Counted from the first letter of the stretch, positions 1 to 14,154 are shown. The stretch is DNA of 64,000 nucleotides from Octopus vulgaris (GCA_951406725.2 OX597821.1:53692001-53756000); one strand, 5' to 3'. Numbers and translations: made by a program. The notes: generated by a model not told the origin, from the letters alone.

Positions 1-49
1 AAATTTGCGAAGAAAATCTTCTGTGCAAATCAATATCCCAATACACACA

Positions 50-94
<45 letters not shown>

Positions 95-111
95 ACATAT
101 ATATATATATA

Positions 112-1233
112 TAAGGTCGTCCCATACGTTCTGTCCGAATTTGGAATAAAGAAAACAAGTGTTCAAATGTTATATTTAAATGAATTTTAATCATCAATGT
201 AATTTCCCTAATTATCTATGACTTCCTTCCATCTATTTACAACTTTTTAAATCCCATCAATGTAAAACTCTTGGTTTCAAACTGAAGAACTCTGAAATGT
301 CAGTTTTAATCTCCTCGTGGCTTATGAAAGTTATGTGCCCCAAATAATTCTGTAAACTATAAAACAAATGGTAGTCTGAAGGAGCGAGGGCGGGGGAATA
401 AGGTGGATGAGAAACTTTTTCCCAACCAAGCTCTTCGTTCTTCTGTGATGTGATCTTCGTAGTGTGGGGTCGCGCTTTGTCCTGATGAAACATCACTCCT
501 TTTCAATCCACTAAAGCGACTCTTTTTTTTTCTTCAAATCTTGGTTCAAACGCTCTAATTGCTGACAGTAGACTTGGGCATTGATTGTTGCATTAGGTGG
601 TAACAATTTAAAGTCAATTACTCCTTTGCAATCTCACCAGATAGAGAGAAGAACCTTTTTCCCATGAAGTTCCCTTCTCGGTTCTGGTTGAACCTTTCTC
701 CTTTTACCAAGCCACTGTTTACGACGTTTAACATTTCGTTAGAAGATCCATTTTTCGTCACCAGTCACACGTCTATCCAAAAAGGGTGAAATAGTTCGCG
801 AGAATGGAGAGAAGAGCAGATGTCAACTGGAGATTTGCGGTTGCTTTCGGACAATTCATGAGGCACCCATTTCCCAAGTTTAGGAACTTATCCAAGTTGT
901 TGAATATGAGGATGAACAGTTGTATGGTTTGAACTAAGCTTTAGTGCCAATTCTGCAACTGATAATGCAGGATTTTCTTCAAGTAATGCCTCAAAGAGCT
1001 TATCATCAAACTCAACTGGCCGTCCAGTTTGATCTTCATCTTCAAGGGTTCTATGTTAGAAAGGGTTTTAATCAAAGAAATTTTAATTCTGTTTTTCTGT
1101 AAAACAATATTTAATTAGTTTAAATGTACACAAATGCATAAATGCATTTTTTTCCATTATACATCGTAAAATACTATTAAATTTCATTAAATCTTAAAAA
1201 GGTAAAATCGGACAGAACTAATGGGATAAAATG

Positions 1234-1236
<3 letters not shown>
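112..1236 (-). mobile_element. Mariner (DD34D) DNA transposon, internally deleted, non-functional
   Basis: Minus-strand motifs KWVPHELS (~850-873), VTGDEKWI (~745-768), HQDKARPH and HPPYSPALAPSDYHLF (ORF 257..496). Imperfect TIRs tcccatacgttctgtccgaattt (~120-142) and aaaatcggacagaactaatggga (~1204-1226). Both ends abut (TA)n. The N-terminal HTH region appears missing. Confidence 0.93.
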
Positions 1237-1294
<58 letters not shown>

Positions 1295-2251
1295 CATACA
1301 TACATACATAAGACCATTTCTTTTTTTGAAGAACTAAAGCTTAGAAGTTACATTTAACAAAGAAAGTCGATGAAATATCATTCGATGTAATATATCTAAC
1401 GGCAACTGAGAGGTTACGATCCCTCTTGTCTTCACATGCACAACATTTATAGATTATCCTCTGCTGTATATGTAATGACAAATGAGTCAGTAACTTATCT
1501 CTTTCACTGAAATGGGAAAGAAAATCTGATGCACATAGTGTTAAAAGGAATAGCTATTATGGACACATATGAGGATTTAAACTTAAATTACAAATGTTGG
1601 ATTTTTTCCTTTGAAAGCAATGCATTGAAAATGTCATCACCTAATCTGTTATGTGAACAAAGTATCGAAATATTGGTCGGTCAATCTCAAGAAATCGTTT
1701 ATGTTGAACATAAGCTGGAAACTATCAGTAATTTACCACTCAAAAGGTCCATTTGCGTAGGAATTGAAGCGTATGAGAATTTAATTTAACTGAATCCATG
1801 GTTCAGAATTAAAACGAATACCAGAAATGATATGACACTGAATGTTTATGACATCAGCAGGAGACCCCACTCAATGCTGTGATACGATATTGACAGTGAT
1901 TTGAAAATCAAAATATGTCGCAGGAATCAGTCATTGTTCGCAGTTTTCAAAAGGCGATATGAGGATACCCTTTACAATAGCTAAATTAATGTTAGAAAGG
2001 GATAGGAAGCAAATTCACAAGATACAAAATATGTTGTTAGGAGTGTTGTTTAGCACCAGATAAATCCGATCGAGTACACACACATGCACATACATACCCA
2101 CGCCCACACATGCAGAGGAAATGCACACGAACATATACAGAGACATTGGGCATGGCTGTGTGGATACGAAGCTATCTTTGGAACTGCTTTGTTTTGGATT
2201 CAGCAACACAGCGCGGAAAATATAGCAAAATTCAATCTGTGAAAGCCCATC

Positions 2252-2292
<41 letters not shown>

Positions 2293-2318
2293 CCTGTGTG
2301 TATGTATGCATATATTGA

Positions 2319-2452
2319 TGACTACAACTTACATGATAAGCATATTCATAAGTAATATGTACATTATGTGATAAGAATGCGTCAAGAGACAAACCCAGAT
2401 GAAATTGTTCAAGAGCAATATATACATGTACATATACATATATATACGTGTG

Positions 2453-2507
<55 letters not shown>

Positions 2508-2626
2508 CTCTTGAAAAGTGTACCTAACTAGCTTTAACAATTTCATCTGGGCTGGTCTCTTCACGCACTCCTATGACATCATGTACATATTATCTATGAA
2601 TATGCTTATTACATAAGTTGTAGTCA
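2319..2626. repeat. Imperfect ~100-125 bp inverted repeat (arms 2319-2420 and 2503-2626) around a (TA)n-rich spacer
   Basis: tgactacaacttacatgataagcatattcat...cccagatgaaattgttcaagagcaata matches the reverse complement of 2503-2626, with scattered mismatches and a ~21-bp indel. Confidence 0.9.
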
Positions 2627-2757
2627 AGACATCTTGAACCAGCTGTCGTGATAAGACTTAACATAATTTATTTCACAATCTGTATTTTGTGCTCCATTTG
2701 AATATATGCCTCAACCCCAACTATAGTTATGTACCTGAATACCCCCCACTCTCTCTC

Positions 2758-2805
<48 letters not shown>

Positions 2806-3394
2806 TATGTCTTTGCAACTTAGAAGTTCGTGTTTTGGCAAAAGAAACAGATAGAATAAGAATATGTACTGGAATCAGTTAATTCGACTTGCTATGAAAC
2901 GGGCGCTACAGCATGGATGCAATTCAATGGCTAAAAGAAGGAAAAAATAAAAGCGTTATACCTATACAAATGTGTGTGTATGTATCTGTTTGCGTGCGTG
3001 TGTATGTGCGTGTGTATTGAAGTTCTTCGCTGTTTTACTTAGAATGACGGTTGAGCCTAAAATATTCAACAGTAGCTGACTGGTGAAAGCAACTTGGAAG
3101 TAGAGTCATAAGAATTACCGAAGTCCTAACAAATAAATGATGTTCTAGGCCGTGAGATATTATTCTTTGAGTGACCGATGTGATATATATATATATATAT
3201 ATCTGTCTTCCCCTTTTTCTCTACCACGTGAATATCTGTAAATGATATTCACGTGCTTGTTTTAATGGTCTACCAATGTATACAATACGTTTCTCTGCCT
3301 TGGGTGTCAGGAAGACATTCGGTAAGAAATGGAAACAGAATTGAAAGATGCTAATGAAAATAAAGATAATGATGAGGATTATGATGATGATGAT

Positions 3395-3624
3395 GAAAAG
3401 AAGAAGAAGGAGGAAAGAGGAAGAGGAAAATGAAGAACAGAAAAAGGAAAAGAAGATGATGAAGAAAAGAGGAAGAGGAAAATGAAGACGAGGAAGAAGA
3501 AGAAGAAGAAGAAGAAGAAGAAGAAGAAGAAGAAGAAGAAGAAGAAGAAGAAAAAGAAGAAGAAGAAGAAGAAGAAGAAGAAGAAGAAGAAGAAGAAGAA
3601 GAAGAAGAAGAAGAAGAAGAAGAA
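3395..3624 (+). repeat. (GAA)n microsatellite with degenerate polypurine lead-in
   Basis: Near-pure gaa units from ~3494 to 3624. The poly-K/poly-S ORFs here are artefacts. Confidence 0.97.
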
Positions 3625-4049
3625 TTGTCCGCTAGTTCAAAGACAAGCAATTAACATCAATATCGATATTTTGTTTTCAATAATGAGGCATCTGTTAATA
3701 TTGAGATATATAATAATTATATTCATCGGTGAAAGTCAACTGGGTTATCAATAAATATGACTATTCAAGAATCAATCGCACCGATTTATTTGATTATGCT
3801 TAATATTAAGAGCGGGTAATTGAAAATAAATCAATACCATGTGTGCTGTGATCAGTTATTCTATGTGTATGTAAGCATCTATTTGGCTACGGTTCAATAT
3901 TTGGCAAAGAAATATGGTAATAGCTAACCATATCAATAAACATACACACGTACATACAAATAAGTATACACGTTTGAGTGTATGTACTTATATATCTATG
4001 TGTTTAATTTACATACATCTATAGATGCAATGCATAGATTTATACTGGA

Positions 4050-4735
4050 ATAACTGTGTGAATCGGGTTTTACAACATGCATCCTTATTCAAGCTATCCA
4101 ACCAAGGCTGATCAAGCCTGCTTCAATGCAACAAGAATTCTACAGACCATACCGACTACGCCTTTTCAACAAGATCCAGGTAGATGCTTTCTTAAATGCC
4201 CATACGTTATCTTCATGCGTCATGTGTGAGCTCCTAAAATGCCTAGTTTTCCATAGGCCTCACTGAGAGCTTGACTTGCAAACACTCAACTGCTAACCTC
4301 CATAGGAAAACACTTTGCTGTCCTCTTCCCAGTGTAAAACTTGTTCCTTTTTCTCTCTTGACACCCTCTACATTCTTACCTCCCAGGGTACAGTTAACTT
4401 CAGAAGGTCAAGCTGCTTTGTTGCCCTTGAAACCAATATGATGTCTGATCTTAGCAAGGTCTGGGTAACATGCATTATAAAATTTAGATGTTTCTCTAGA
4501 TTAGCTTCTATTTCTCGTTTTGGAGAAAGTAGTCCTTCAAATGCTCACCAAATTCTTTAGTTGACGTCTCTCCCTCCTCAACGAAAGTTATACTTCTGGT
4601 TGTAGTGCTAACATTTTTGCTGTCCTGATCCCCTTATTGACTCCGTTGGCGATAGTTTTGAGAACCCGATCGTATCTTCAACAGTGGCCACCTCTTGCTA
4701 CATTGAAACAGGTGCTATCACGTAGAGGTGGCCAG
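4050..4735 (-). mobile_element. 3' remnant of an RLE-type non-LTR retrotransposon, Hero-clade-like
   Basis: Broken minus-strand translation: RYDRVLKTIA...TLLRSDIILVSRATKQLDLLKLTVPWE...CFPMEV...KKASTWILLKR. This resembles the Hero C-terminal RHD / RPD-ELTVPWE restriction-like endonuclease. Confidence 0.8.
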
Positions 4736-6340
4736 TTGAGAAAGAAAATTAGTCAGGTTCATAGACATGGGCACATTATATAATATTGTGGTATACATAT
4801 AGAGAAATACAAGATAATACATACATGATCACGCGCAAACACTCATCGTCACAATACGCTGTGTATGTACGATAGATAACTCGTTATGTTACAGTTCACT
4901 ATCATATATTGCACTCCAAATTAACGTTTGTGAACGTTTTATAAAATTATTCTGTTGCATTAATTGCCTTGACTGCAGTGCATTAACAGTGCTAAGTATA
5001 TCTTTCTGCTAAATTCGAAAATAGTATCTGATATTTTAGTAGTGTCTTTTCTAACATTTGCTGTGCCTATACGCAAGTCTTGAAATCATTTCATTGAGGA
5101 AACTGAAACATAAGGAAATAATTTCATTGACAACATTTATCAGTAAGAATGGCCAAGGCAAAAAATATTCATTTCAAGTTTGAATTCGCTATTTGCAAAA
5201 CCCACAGTTTGTTCTATAAACACATAGTGTAAAAAAATTATTTATTGAATGAATGAATGCTAATATACAAAATAGCTGTATAACTTTGAGGTTTATCTTT
5301 GATAAAATTAAATATTTTTGATACACCGGTATAATGTGTTTTTTTTTTAAATTAAAAAGTGATTTTGTTGTCATGGCTGTTTGGAGCGCTATAAGGCTTA
5401 CAATAATAACCATGTGATCGCTGCTATTTCTAGCACGCTAAACGTATAAATTACTGAAAGAAATATTTACTAAGCAAGAGAAAATTTTTATAAATTGAAG
5501 TTTTCAGGAAAATTTATTTCCTGAACTTCCTTTTATTATTGAATATTTCATGTTCACAAATTTAAATATTCGGTACAACATACTTTTTAGCTAACTTTTA
5601 TTTATATGATATTTTCACTTCTTGTTATGTCATCCATTGTTTGCAATGACCTCTCCCACCCACCTTCTCTCTCTCATACACACACATTCACACTATCTCT
5701 CTAATATAAACACACACATTGGTTTTGTAATATAAACACATGCACACACTCCAGGATTGACTATCAAAAAACCGCCCGGTGGGCAGTATTTCTGCTACTA
5801 TATATATATGTACAAATTATATAACTGATGTGTAGGAACGTTAATGGCGCTCAATACCATTTTCTTCTCTTCGATCTGGCTGTAGTTTAAATCTGGCGTC
5901 TCGGAAACGAAATGTCATACCAAAAATCAATGTTGGCTACAATTTCTAAAGGAAATGTGTAAAGATAACCTTAACATGTACAAATATATATATGCTGTAT
6001 ATATATATATACTTTTATTTGTGTGTGTGTATACGTATGGCTCAATACATAGAGAGAGACCAGGGAAAGAGGGAGACGTGTCTGTGTACATGCTTCATTA
6101 TATGTGTGATTGCTTTATCTGTTTTTTGACACGATTGATATTTGATCCAAATCTATAGAAACCTGATATGTGTTAAGAACTATTCTTTTTTGTCTAATCT
6201 ACTTACTCGAGTCCTCGTCATTCTTCATTATAAAATTTGGCAAGAATCTTTATGGGTATATGGACATAAAGTGTATTATATTTAAGTGAAAAATTAAATG
6301 TGTATATATGTGTGTGTATGTATATATATATTTATATATA

Positions 6341-6407
<67 letters not shown>

Positions 6408-6479
6408 GCGTGTGTGTGCTGAGAAAATTGGTTAGAAAATTGGAATTACTTGAAATACTGGAATGTGAAAGTATTTTGA

Positions 6480-6726
6480 TTTGGTCCTCGTCTGATCAAA
6501 TGGTTCATAGTAATAAGCTTTCGGTTCGATTCTGAGACCGGGTAGCGTGTTGAGTTATTGAGCAAGACATTTCGAGTTGCTTCAATCTACTAAACCGAAA
6601 ATTTACTACCAAGAAACTGCTATTGCACACTTCTCTTCCCCCAAAGGTCATATCCCTTGTGTGGTAGTGGATAAAACGTGAGAGTGCTGCCAGGTATCTA
6701 GATCTTCTCGTAACTAGCTAAGCACC
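6480..6726 (+). mobile_element. Decayed tRNA-derived SINE
   Basis: B-box-like ggttcgattc followed by gaccgggtagcgtgttgagttattgagcaagaca, similar to the copy at ~35500-35730. Confidence 0.55.
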
Positions 6727-7285
6727 TATATATATATGGGTATATGGACATAAAGTCTATTGCTACGAAAAATACTCACTTGAGGGTGAACGATATAGTT
6801 ATATGTTTGACTGTGTTTAGGCGGAAAATAGATTAAAAAAACTAAAAATTGCATCTACATAAGTCACATGAGCAGCGGTTTTGAGTGTAGTTCTTAAATC
6901 TATATCAGTGAATTCACTACTTGACGAGATGTAGTTTTACCAAACTCGAAAGGCTCGAAAATTGAGGCCCTACAGCATTTGAGGTTGATCCTAAAGAACC
7001 AGAAGAAATAACAGAAGACATTTTTGTATATGGTTTTATGTATGTTTTAAGTAAGACGTAGATTATCGGAACACGTATATTGTGCTCTTCCGTTTTCATG
7101 CACCTCCATGATGATGGCTGCTCGTGGCTAAATACCAGAACAGATAATAAATACATCATAGATACATCACATTTTCCATCTATTTTTCGGTAAGCTTCGT
7201 ACATTTATCTAAGTGCCAGAAACACTGATCTCCAGAGGGTTTCCTGTTTGCTTATAGCAAACTACTGAAATATGCATATATATGC

Positions 7286-7327
<42 letters not shown>

Positions 7328-7996
7328 GTCTTGTATTCTGTTTTTTCGCTGTTAAAAAAATGGTCCGTTCCATGCTGTTTTTACGTTTTCGTTTCTCGTT
7401 GAGTTCTACGTCTATTTGTGGTGTCCTGTACACACGTATATATATTTATATATGCATGTATATATACATGTAGATGTAGGTACGTACATATATGTTTGTA
7501 TGTATGCATTTATTTTATTTATTACACTATATATATATATATATACATATATGAGACGGTATCTGCAAAGTAATCATACTACATGTTGAAGATTTTCTGA
7601 TATATTCTCGACGTAGCGCAAATGGAAAATCTCTGTGGTTACCTACTTTTAATGAAAACAATAGAGTAAACACTGCGTAAAAGAAAATGTTTTTTTTTTT
7701 ATTGAAAACAACTGAATACAGCAGTAGAATGCGAGAGAGAGAGAGAGACAGAGACGGAGAGAGAGTGCTACAGACAGGGACTTATGCCAATGAATAAAAA
7801 TTAGTTTTGAGTTTGAAGTGTGTCCTTGAATCTTCAATAAAAAATGAGACTGGAAAAACAATTTTGATAAAAACTACATTAAAGTTGGAGATTATAAGAA
7901 TTTTCTAGACCCATTAGAGTTTAATAATTGCTTTCGTTAAGTTAAAAGTTTCATAATTATAACTATTTAATAAGTAGCTTTCTTTATTATAATATA

Positions 7997-8512
7997 CTAG
8001 CAGTATCGCCCGGCGTTGCTCGGGTTTGTAAGGGAAATAACTATATAAGCATTTTTAGAGAGTTACTTCCCTTATATATGCCAATTCGGGCTTTCTTAGC
8101 CATTTCTGTTTTGGTGTCTTCAAGCCATGAAGTCGTTGTTCTAAAAGAACGCTGGTCTCCTTAACAACGCTTTACGACGTTGATTTCCTTACACTCCCTT
8201 CCCCACAGCTTCACGAGGGAGGGAAGAAGGGGGAGAAGCAACACAGATGCAGGTGTGACCATGGACGCCAACTCCGCCGCCATCGACACACGAAAAAAAA
8301 AGCATTAAAATGGAATAAAAAATGATGTTAAATTATTTTTTAAATTGTAGTCTCATCGTAGACGCGCGCTAATACCCAGACGGGCTCGATATGAGTCATG
8401 ACTATAAGATACCCGAATTTGGTTAAACTGCACCGCAAAATGTGGGAGTAATTAGGAATCTAAATTGAAGGGGACAGACACTCACACAACTACAGTTATA
8501 TATATATATAGA
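7997..8512 (-). mobile_element. Non-autonomous Helitron (516 bp) with both termini
   Basis: On the minus strand: 5' TC(TATATA...) at 8512, 3' GC-rich hairpin CCCGAGCAACGCCGGG then ...CTAG ending at 7997. Inserted between host A and T, no TSD. Confidence 0.88.
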
Positions 8513-9359
8513 TTAGCTGTTAATGCTTCAAAATGAAATACAATTCTTATATAACCTCGAATAATATGAATGTTTTTTTTAACTCCTTTACGTGTATAAT
8601 ATTTCGCCTGATCATGTTCCTCTTTGACACAATTCAGTGTGTCAGTGCTTTGTCTTCTCAGTCGTACTTCCTAAGTTTGTCACTGTAACTCTATCTTCCG
8701 GTCCGTCCATTCTAGATTTTCTTATTCTTAATACACACACACACACACACAGCCACACACAAATACATACTGATTCACATACACACGTACACAATAGGAA
8801 TAACTTAAGCGCAGGCACACTAAAAAATCCTTCAATACTAAGATAAGTTGTAGTTAAACAGATGAATTAATGTCTCCCTACAATCCTCTATCAAAAATAA
8901 AGAATAAAGCGAGCCACCGTGGATCCCTTCTATATAGCGATACGGCCCCATAGAGGCTTCCGCCCACATTTTCATATAACTTACCATTCAAAACATATTA
9001 TACAAATTTACTGTAAATGCATTATATCTGAAAGAAATGGCCTTCAATCAAAAGAAATGGCCTTGACTTCAATCGGCACCCAAGTGTGAAATGGAATTAA
9101 ACCACAGCAAAATGAAGACATTGATAGGGATGATGATGATAATAATACTTGATAATATAGACATATTTCCTGAAATTGTCGATGATATCGACCGCCATGT
9201 TTGAATGGGCGGGTTTTGAAACTCAGAACGTAATGAGCCGAAAAGAATCCATAAAGAATTTTCCCCAATGCTTTAACGATCCTCCTCCTCCACCTCATCA
9301 TCACTTGCACTAGTAGTAGTAGTAGTAGTAGTAGCAGCAGCAACAGCAGCAGCATCAGC

Positions 9360-9392
<33 letters not shown>

Positions 9393-9599
9393 TTCTATAT
9401 TGACCTCCAGATCAAAACCATTTAGGACATTACGAAGTCAGATGGCAATGGGAATTTATGTGAACATGTATCATGAATAAAAACAATAACAATTTTAAAG
9501 TAATTTATAATAAAATACCCCGATATTAGGGAAGCATTCAGCAGAGCTAGGATCTAAAATAATCCAAGTCGTAACCCTTGTTCTGGTAATTTCTCAACA

Positions 9600-10030
9600 G
9601 CACCACTACACTGCTAAACCACAGCTTGCAGGACAGGGAATTCTCTTGTTCTGATAACTCTGGCAGTAAATACTTGCTAAGAAGTCAAAAAGACCAGTCC
9701 GGTATATGAACATAGTGCAGACCATGCAGGTTTGATGACTTCCCCATACAACTAAACAACACTTCCTGCAAATCATCGGCTATTATCGGCCTTTCGCAGA
9801 ACTGCACCAACCCCGTTGAAATTCGTTGCAAACCATCGAGGTCGGCGATAATGTTCACATGCATTTCCGATAGAAAACCATCCATGAACATTTGAACAAA
9901 GTACTGCTGAAAAGCTGCACATTCATCCCGGTCAATCAAAGGTTTGTGACTTTATTTTCACTTTGCACTTCTGCCAGCAGGTTCCATTGAAAGGCGTTCG
10001 ATTCTTCATGTCTTACAGCACGCGTACTGT
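9600..10030 (-). mobile_element. Old fragment of Tx1/L1-type ORF2 (pre-RT region)
   Basis: ORF 9685..9939 CAAFQQYFVQMF...CERPIIADDLQEVL...HIPD aligns by eye with CEAFQQHFTQLF...CEKPITAADVQDAM...HMPD in ORF 42576..43304. Confidence 0.8.
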
Positions 10031-10129
10031 CATATACAATTCGAATTAACAAAATTTTCGCTACTTAACGGTATTATGCATGCAAGCTGTATCGAGAGGA
10101 AATGCAACCATTTTATTGCCTTCCATTGA

Positions 10130-10447
10130 TGTGGAGTTTACAATCACGATTGATTGCAGAATGAATGGTGAGAAGGGTGAAATATTGTGGCACATAGTTA
10201 GTGAATCAGTACCCAACAACCAAGCAGGCTTGGAAACACTTGAACGAGTGTAAGGATAGAACGCCTACAAAAACATTACTTGGAACTGCTAGGGTACACT
10301 GCAAGGTTCTTGATGAGTAAATAATGGTAACCTTAGTCTGATGGCTGTACACACCTGACACGTTCCACCATACTCAGAGAAATAAGCTGAGATTCTTATG
10401 ATTATGATGATTACAATAATAACAATAACAACAACACCAACAATACC

Positions 10448-10495
<48 letters not shown>
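10130..10495 (+). mobile_element. 3' remnant of an R4/Dong-type RLE LINE ending in (TAA)n
   Basis: DCRMNGEKGEILWHIVSE (decayed CCHC) at ~10155-10205 and LQK-LLGTARVHCKVL (cf. LQKTALLGTARILRKVL) at ~10265-10310, then an AAT array at 10448-10493. Confidence 0.72.
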
Positions 10496-11664
10496 CATCT
10501 CTGTTGGTTATATAAGCAACCACGATTCCATGAGTGAAGAAGTATTTGAATATGTCGAATGTAATTTAATCAACGTAAGTGTTGTTACGTGGCTGACAAG
10601 TCAATTAGAATATTAAAGTTGGCTGGATACGATTGGTTAATTTCAATGCAGAATTTATTAATTTTCAAACAGAAGCAGTAGATCTCAAATATGATAAACT
10701 ACAACATACAACGAAGCAATCCATAAGTTTGGATAATTCTTATGTCTGGAGTGAGAAAAAGTTGATGGATCAAAGCCCTCTCTTCAAATGAGAAATGTTT
10801 TCAATAACTGAAGTAGTTCACCGTATAATGCTTGCCAATGTAGAATATCATCAGAATTTTTTAAACACAGTTTTATAGCTGCCTTCAGTTATAAATATTT
10901 TCATAATTTAAAATATAATAATTATACTAACAGTAATGATGAATTGATTTGACATACGAATAAAACGGAAAAATGTTTTATCTATCACATGATAAAAAGA
11001 AAAAGCTAAAATGATTGACAAAAGAGTAGTAAAGTGACATAAAAAAGCAGCAACTGATCAGAACCCTTTCTCGCCACTATAGAATAAATTTCTCTCAGAT
11101 ATTTCGCGTTAAATTGATTATGCACGCCAGGCAGTACGTAGAAACTTCTTCAAGTTTTGCCAAGATGAATGCAAATGTAAATAAAATGCTAAATATTCGA
11201 AATTTGGAATATATTTCGGCAACTTTGTGACATATGTAAATATTTTCACTAATATTCAGTTCCAATCAGTTATGAGTTTAAACGCCAAGTAATCTGATTT
11301 ACATACAGGAAACATATGGCTGGAATAAATGAGATCTTGATATTTACCAATCTTAGCTCTTTATGAATATATATCTCGAATATGAAGAAACACAAATATT
11401 TGTAAAGAAAATTGTATTAAAGTGGTAAGAGAGAATGTCCCGGAGTTATCGGATTTTATGTACTGATATTTGTCTATGTACAGCAGCTCATATTAATTTA
11501 AGTTCTGAAGAAAGGTTAACCGTACACATGTACTTAAATATATGCCTTGATTGAATTGAAACACTAACGTATGTGCATTGCTTGTGTAAGTTAATTCATT
11601 TTATACACACTTATGAATAAACATATTGAGAAAAACCCGTAAAACACATCATACACACACACAC

Positions 11665-11707
<43 letters not shown>

Positions 11708-12379
11708 TATGTACATACGTATATTACATACTCACATCTATAGTTTATATATATATATGCATATGTGGGCACAAGACGTCATGTAACGGGTACAACAAAA
11801 AAGTACGAAGCACAAGTACATGAAATATTCTTTCGAACAACAAAATACACAAATGGAAAACAAAACACACGACATAAAGAACGACCATTCATCAGTTATT
11901 GGCTGCTTCTCTAGTCTCATGTTGATAGTCTCATGTTGAGGGTTCAAATCTCATGGAGTCATATTAAAGAGGTCGATATAATAAATGCCAGTCAGTTAAC
12001 GAAGCCAACTTTAATCGAACACATTTAAAGCAAAGCTAGAATTTTATCAATTGGCCAATACTATATATTTGTAAGAATTAAAGCAAGCATCATTTCCCTT
12101 ATTGCTCAACAGATAGACCAATTATTTTTTTACTCCCGGAACAAATTCGATTCTCTTAATTTGAGATTATTCAAGCTTAAAACCAATTTTCATGCTTAAG
12201 TAATTAATTGCTGTTCAATAGGTTTTCTTTCGTGAACTAATACTAAATTTTCATTCCAATTGCCTTATTGGGAGATTTATTTTTATGTAGAAATGTTCTT
12301 TGTCATCATGCTCTTATCATAGATTTGTGTTTGTTTTTTGGCGTGTATGTATGTGTGTGTGCGCACGAACTTATGCACA

Positions 12380-12575
12380 CGCACAGACACACACACACAC
12401 ACATACATATCTACTCGTGCACACATATGTACATATGCATGTAAACACACGTCTGTTTGCATATGCATATTTATACACACATACATATAAGCATACATTC
12501 ATGTATACATACATGCACGCATGTATACACACACACGCATACATATATACATACATACATACATATATACATACA

Positions 12576-12631
<56 letters not shown>

Positions 12632-12659
12632 AATATATACATATACATATATATATATG

Positions 12660-12705
<46 letters not shown>

Positions 12706-12774
12706 ACCTGTGCTAGCGCGGAAAACGGACGTTAAGCGATGATGATGATGATGATGATGCAAAAATATATACAT

Positions 12775-12841
<67 letters not shown>

Positions 12842-12855
12842 AATATATATATAGA
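12380..12855. repeat. Compound (CA)/(TA)/(TACA) microsatellite with a short (GAT)n-tailed retroposon end at 12703-12759
   Basis: gctagcgcggaaaacggacgttaagcgatgatgatg matches the reverse complement of the terminus at ~57277-57335. Confidence 0.85.
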
Positions 12856-14067
12856 GAGGGACAGACACGAATAGGCAAGTATACATAGAAAGAAGCTGTG
12901 AGGTGAAAAACAGTAAAATACTTCAAGTCAATTCACATACGTCGTTATGTTAATTAATAGTGAGAAGCTTCGATTCCTTTTATTGTAGAATATTCTTTCC
13001 TGAAGTTATTCGAATTAACTAAACAGAAGCAACCAGGGTTTTACGACTAGTCTAATGAATATCTGACACTCAAATTTTCTTATATTTATTTAGTGTTGTT
13101 ATTTGTTGTTGGTATTATTCTTGTTGTTATCATTCCTGGTGATAGTTTTCTTTTTCATTTTATTGTAGTTAATCTCGATTTTAACGTTGATGTATACTGT
13201 ATGTTGATGTATACAGCATGTTGATGTCAGTTCCGATCTGACATACATTGTGGATATTGACTAAGTCCTCCTTCGCCCGGCCTTAAATATCTAGAGCATC
13301 ATTATCCAATGTATTTCTCTTTTTAGAATAGTAGGCTGTCATTTCAGGATGATAACATATAATAGAAATGTTCTTATTTTCTCCTGAAGACGTGTGCTTG
13401 TCCTTCTGACCGTCTTTTCTTTTGTCGTGTGATACTATATATTATCTGTTTGGTGTATCAACGCGTTGTCTCCGCTGTCTTTGCTTTATATAATTTTACA
13501 CTCATCTCTCCAAAACATGACGTTGAAATTTCAGGATGATTGTGCTGTTACTTCTTGCATATTGAGCTACCACGTATAGACCACTCTTTGTTGTTGTTCT
13601 TGCTACTGTCATTATTTAGCGCCAGCTAAGTCAGTCTAGATCAAGGAACATTCAAGAATAAAATGATCCTAGCGGCGACCAACTCTCAATCATCATATGC
13701 GTTAGGAACCCAGGATCACATAATCTTTCTAAAGAAGTGGAGTGTAATCTAGAAAAGACTTGCCAGCTATTTCTAACAGGCCACTTCACGAGGTAAGACG
13801 CACGTATCTCTGGTTTAAATATATCATAGCTTCACTTAGCTAAGGACCAGACTCCGACCGACAGCAAGAAGTATTTATCAATGTGATGTGTAGCACAAGC
13901 AATCTAGATCACGTTCTGCTTACTGCTAACTCTCCGAGATTGTTTGACCCGCTAACAGTAAGCTCAAAATGTCATTCAAATTTCAAATTTCTCCTTAAAT
14001 TATATGTACCCCACAGATATATATACATGTGTATGTGTCTGTCTGTGTGTATTTGTGCGTATGTATA

Positions 14068-14123
<56 letters not shown>

Positions 14124-14154
14124 GTGCTGATCCGTGGTAGAAAATTCAACAAGA

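Noticed and set aside
1529-1789. 86-aa ORF in non-repetitive-looking sequence
   Set aside because: No recognisable motif or splice support; length compatible with chance.
6920-6965. cttgacgag...ctcgaaaggctc hammerhead-like string
   Set aside because: Stem I does not pair and stem II is poor; too degenerate to call.
12283-12926. Many YI/TH/CV-repeat ORFs here and at 36034-36856, 41637-42128, etc.
   Set aside because: Translations of microsatellites with no coding evidence.
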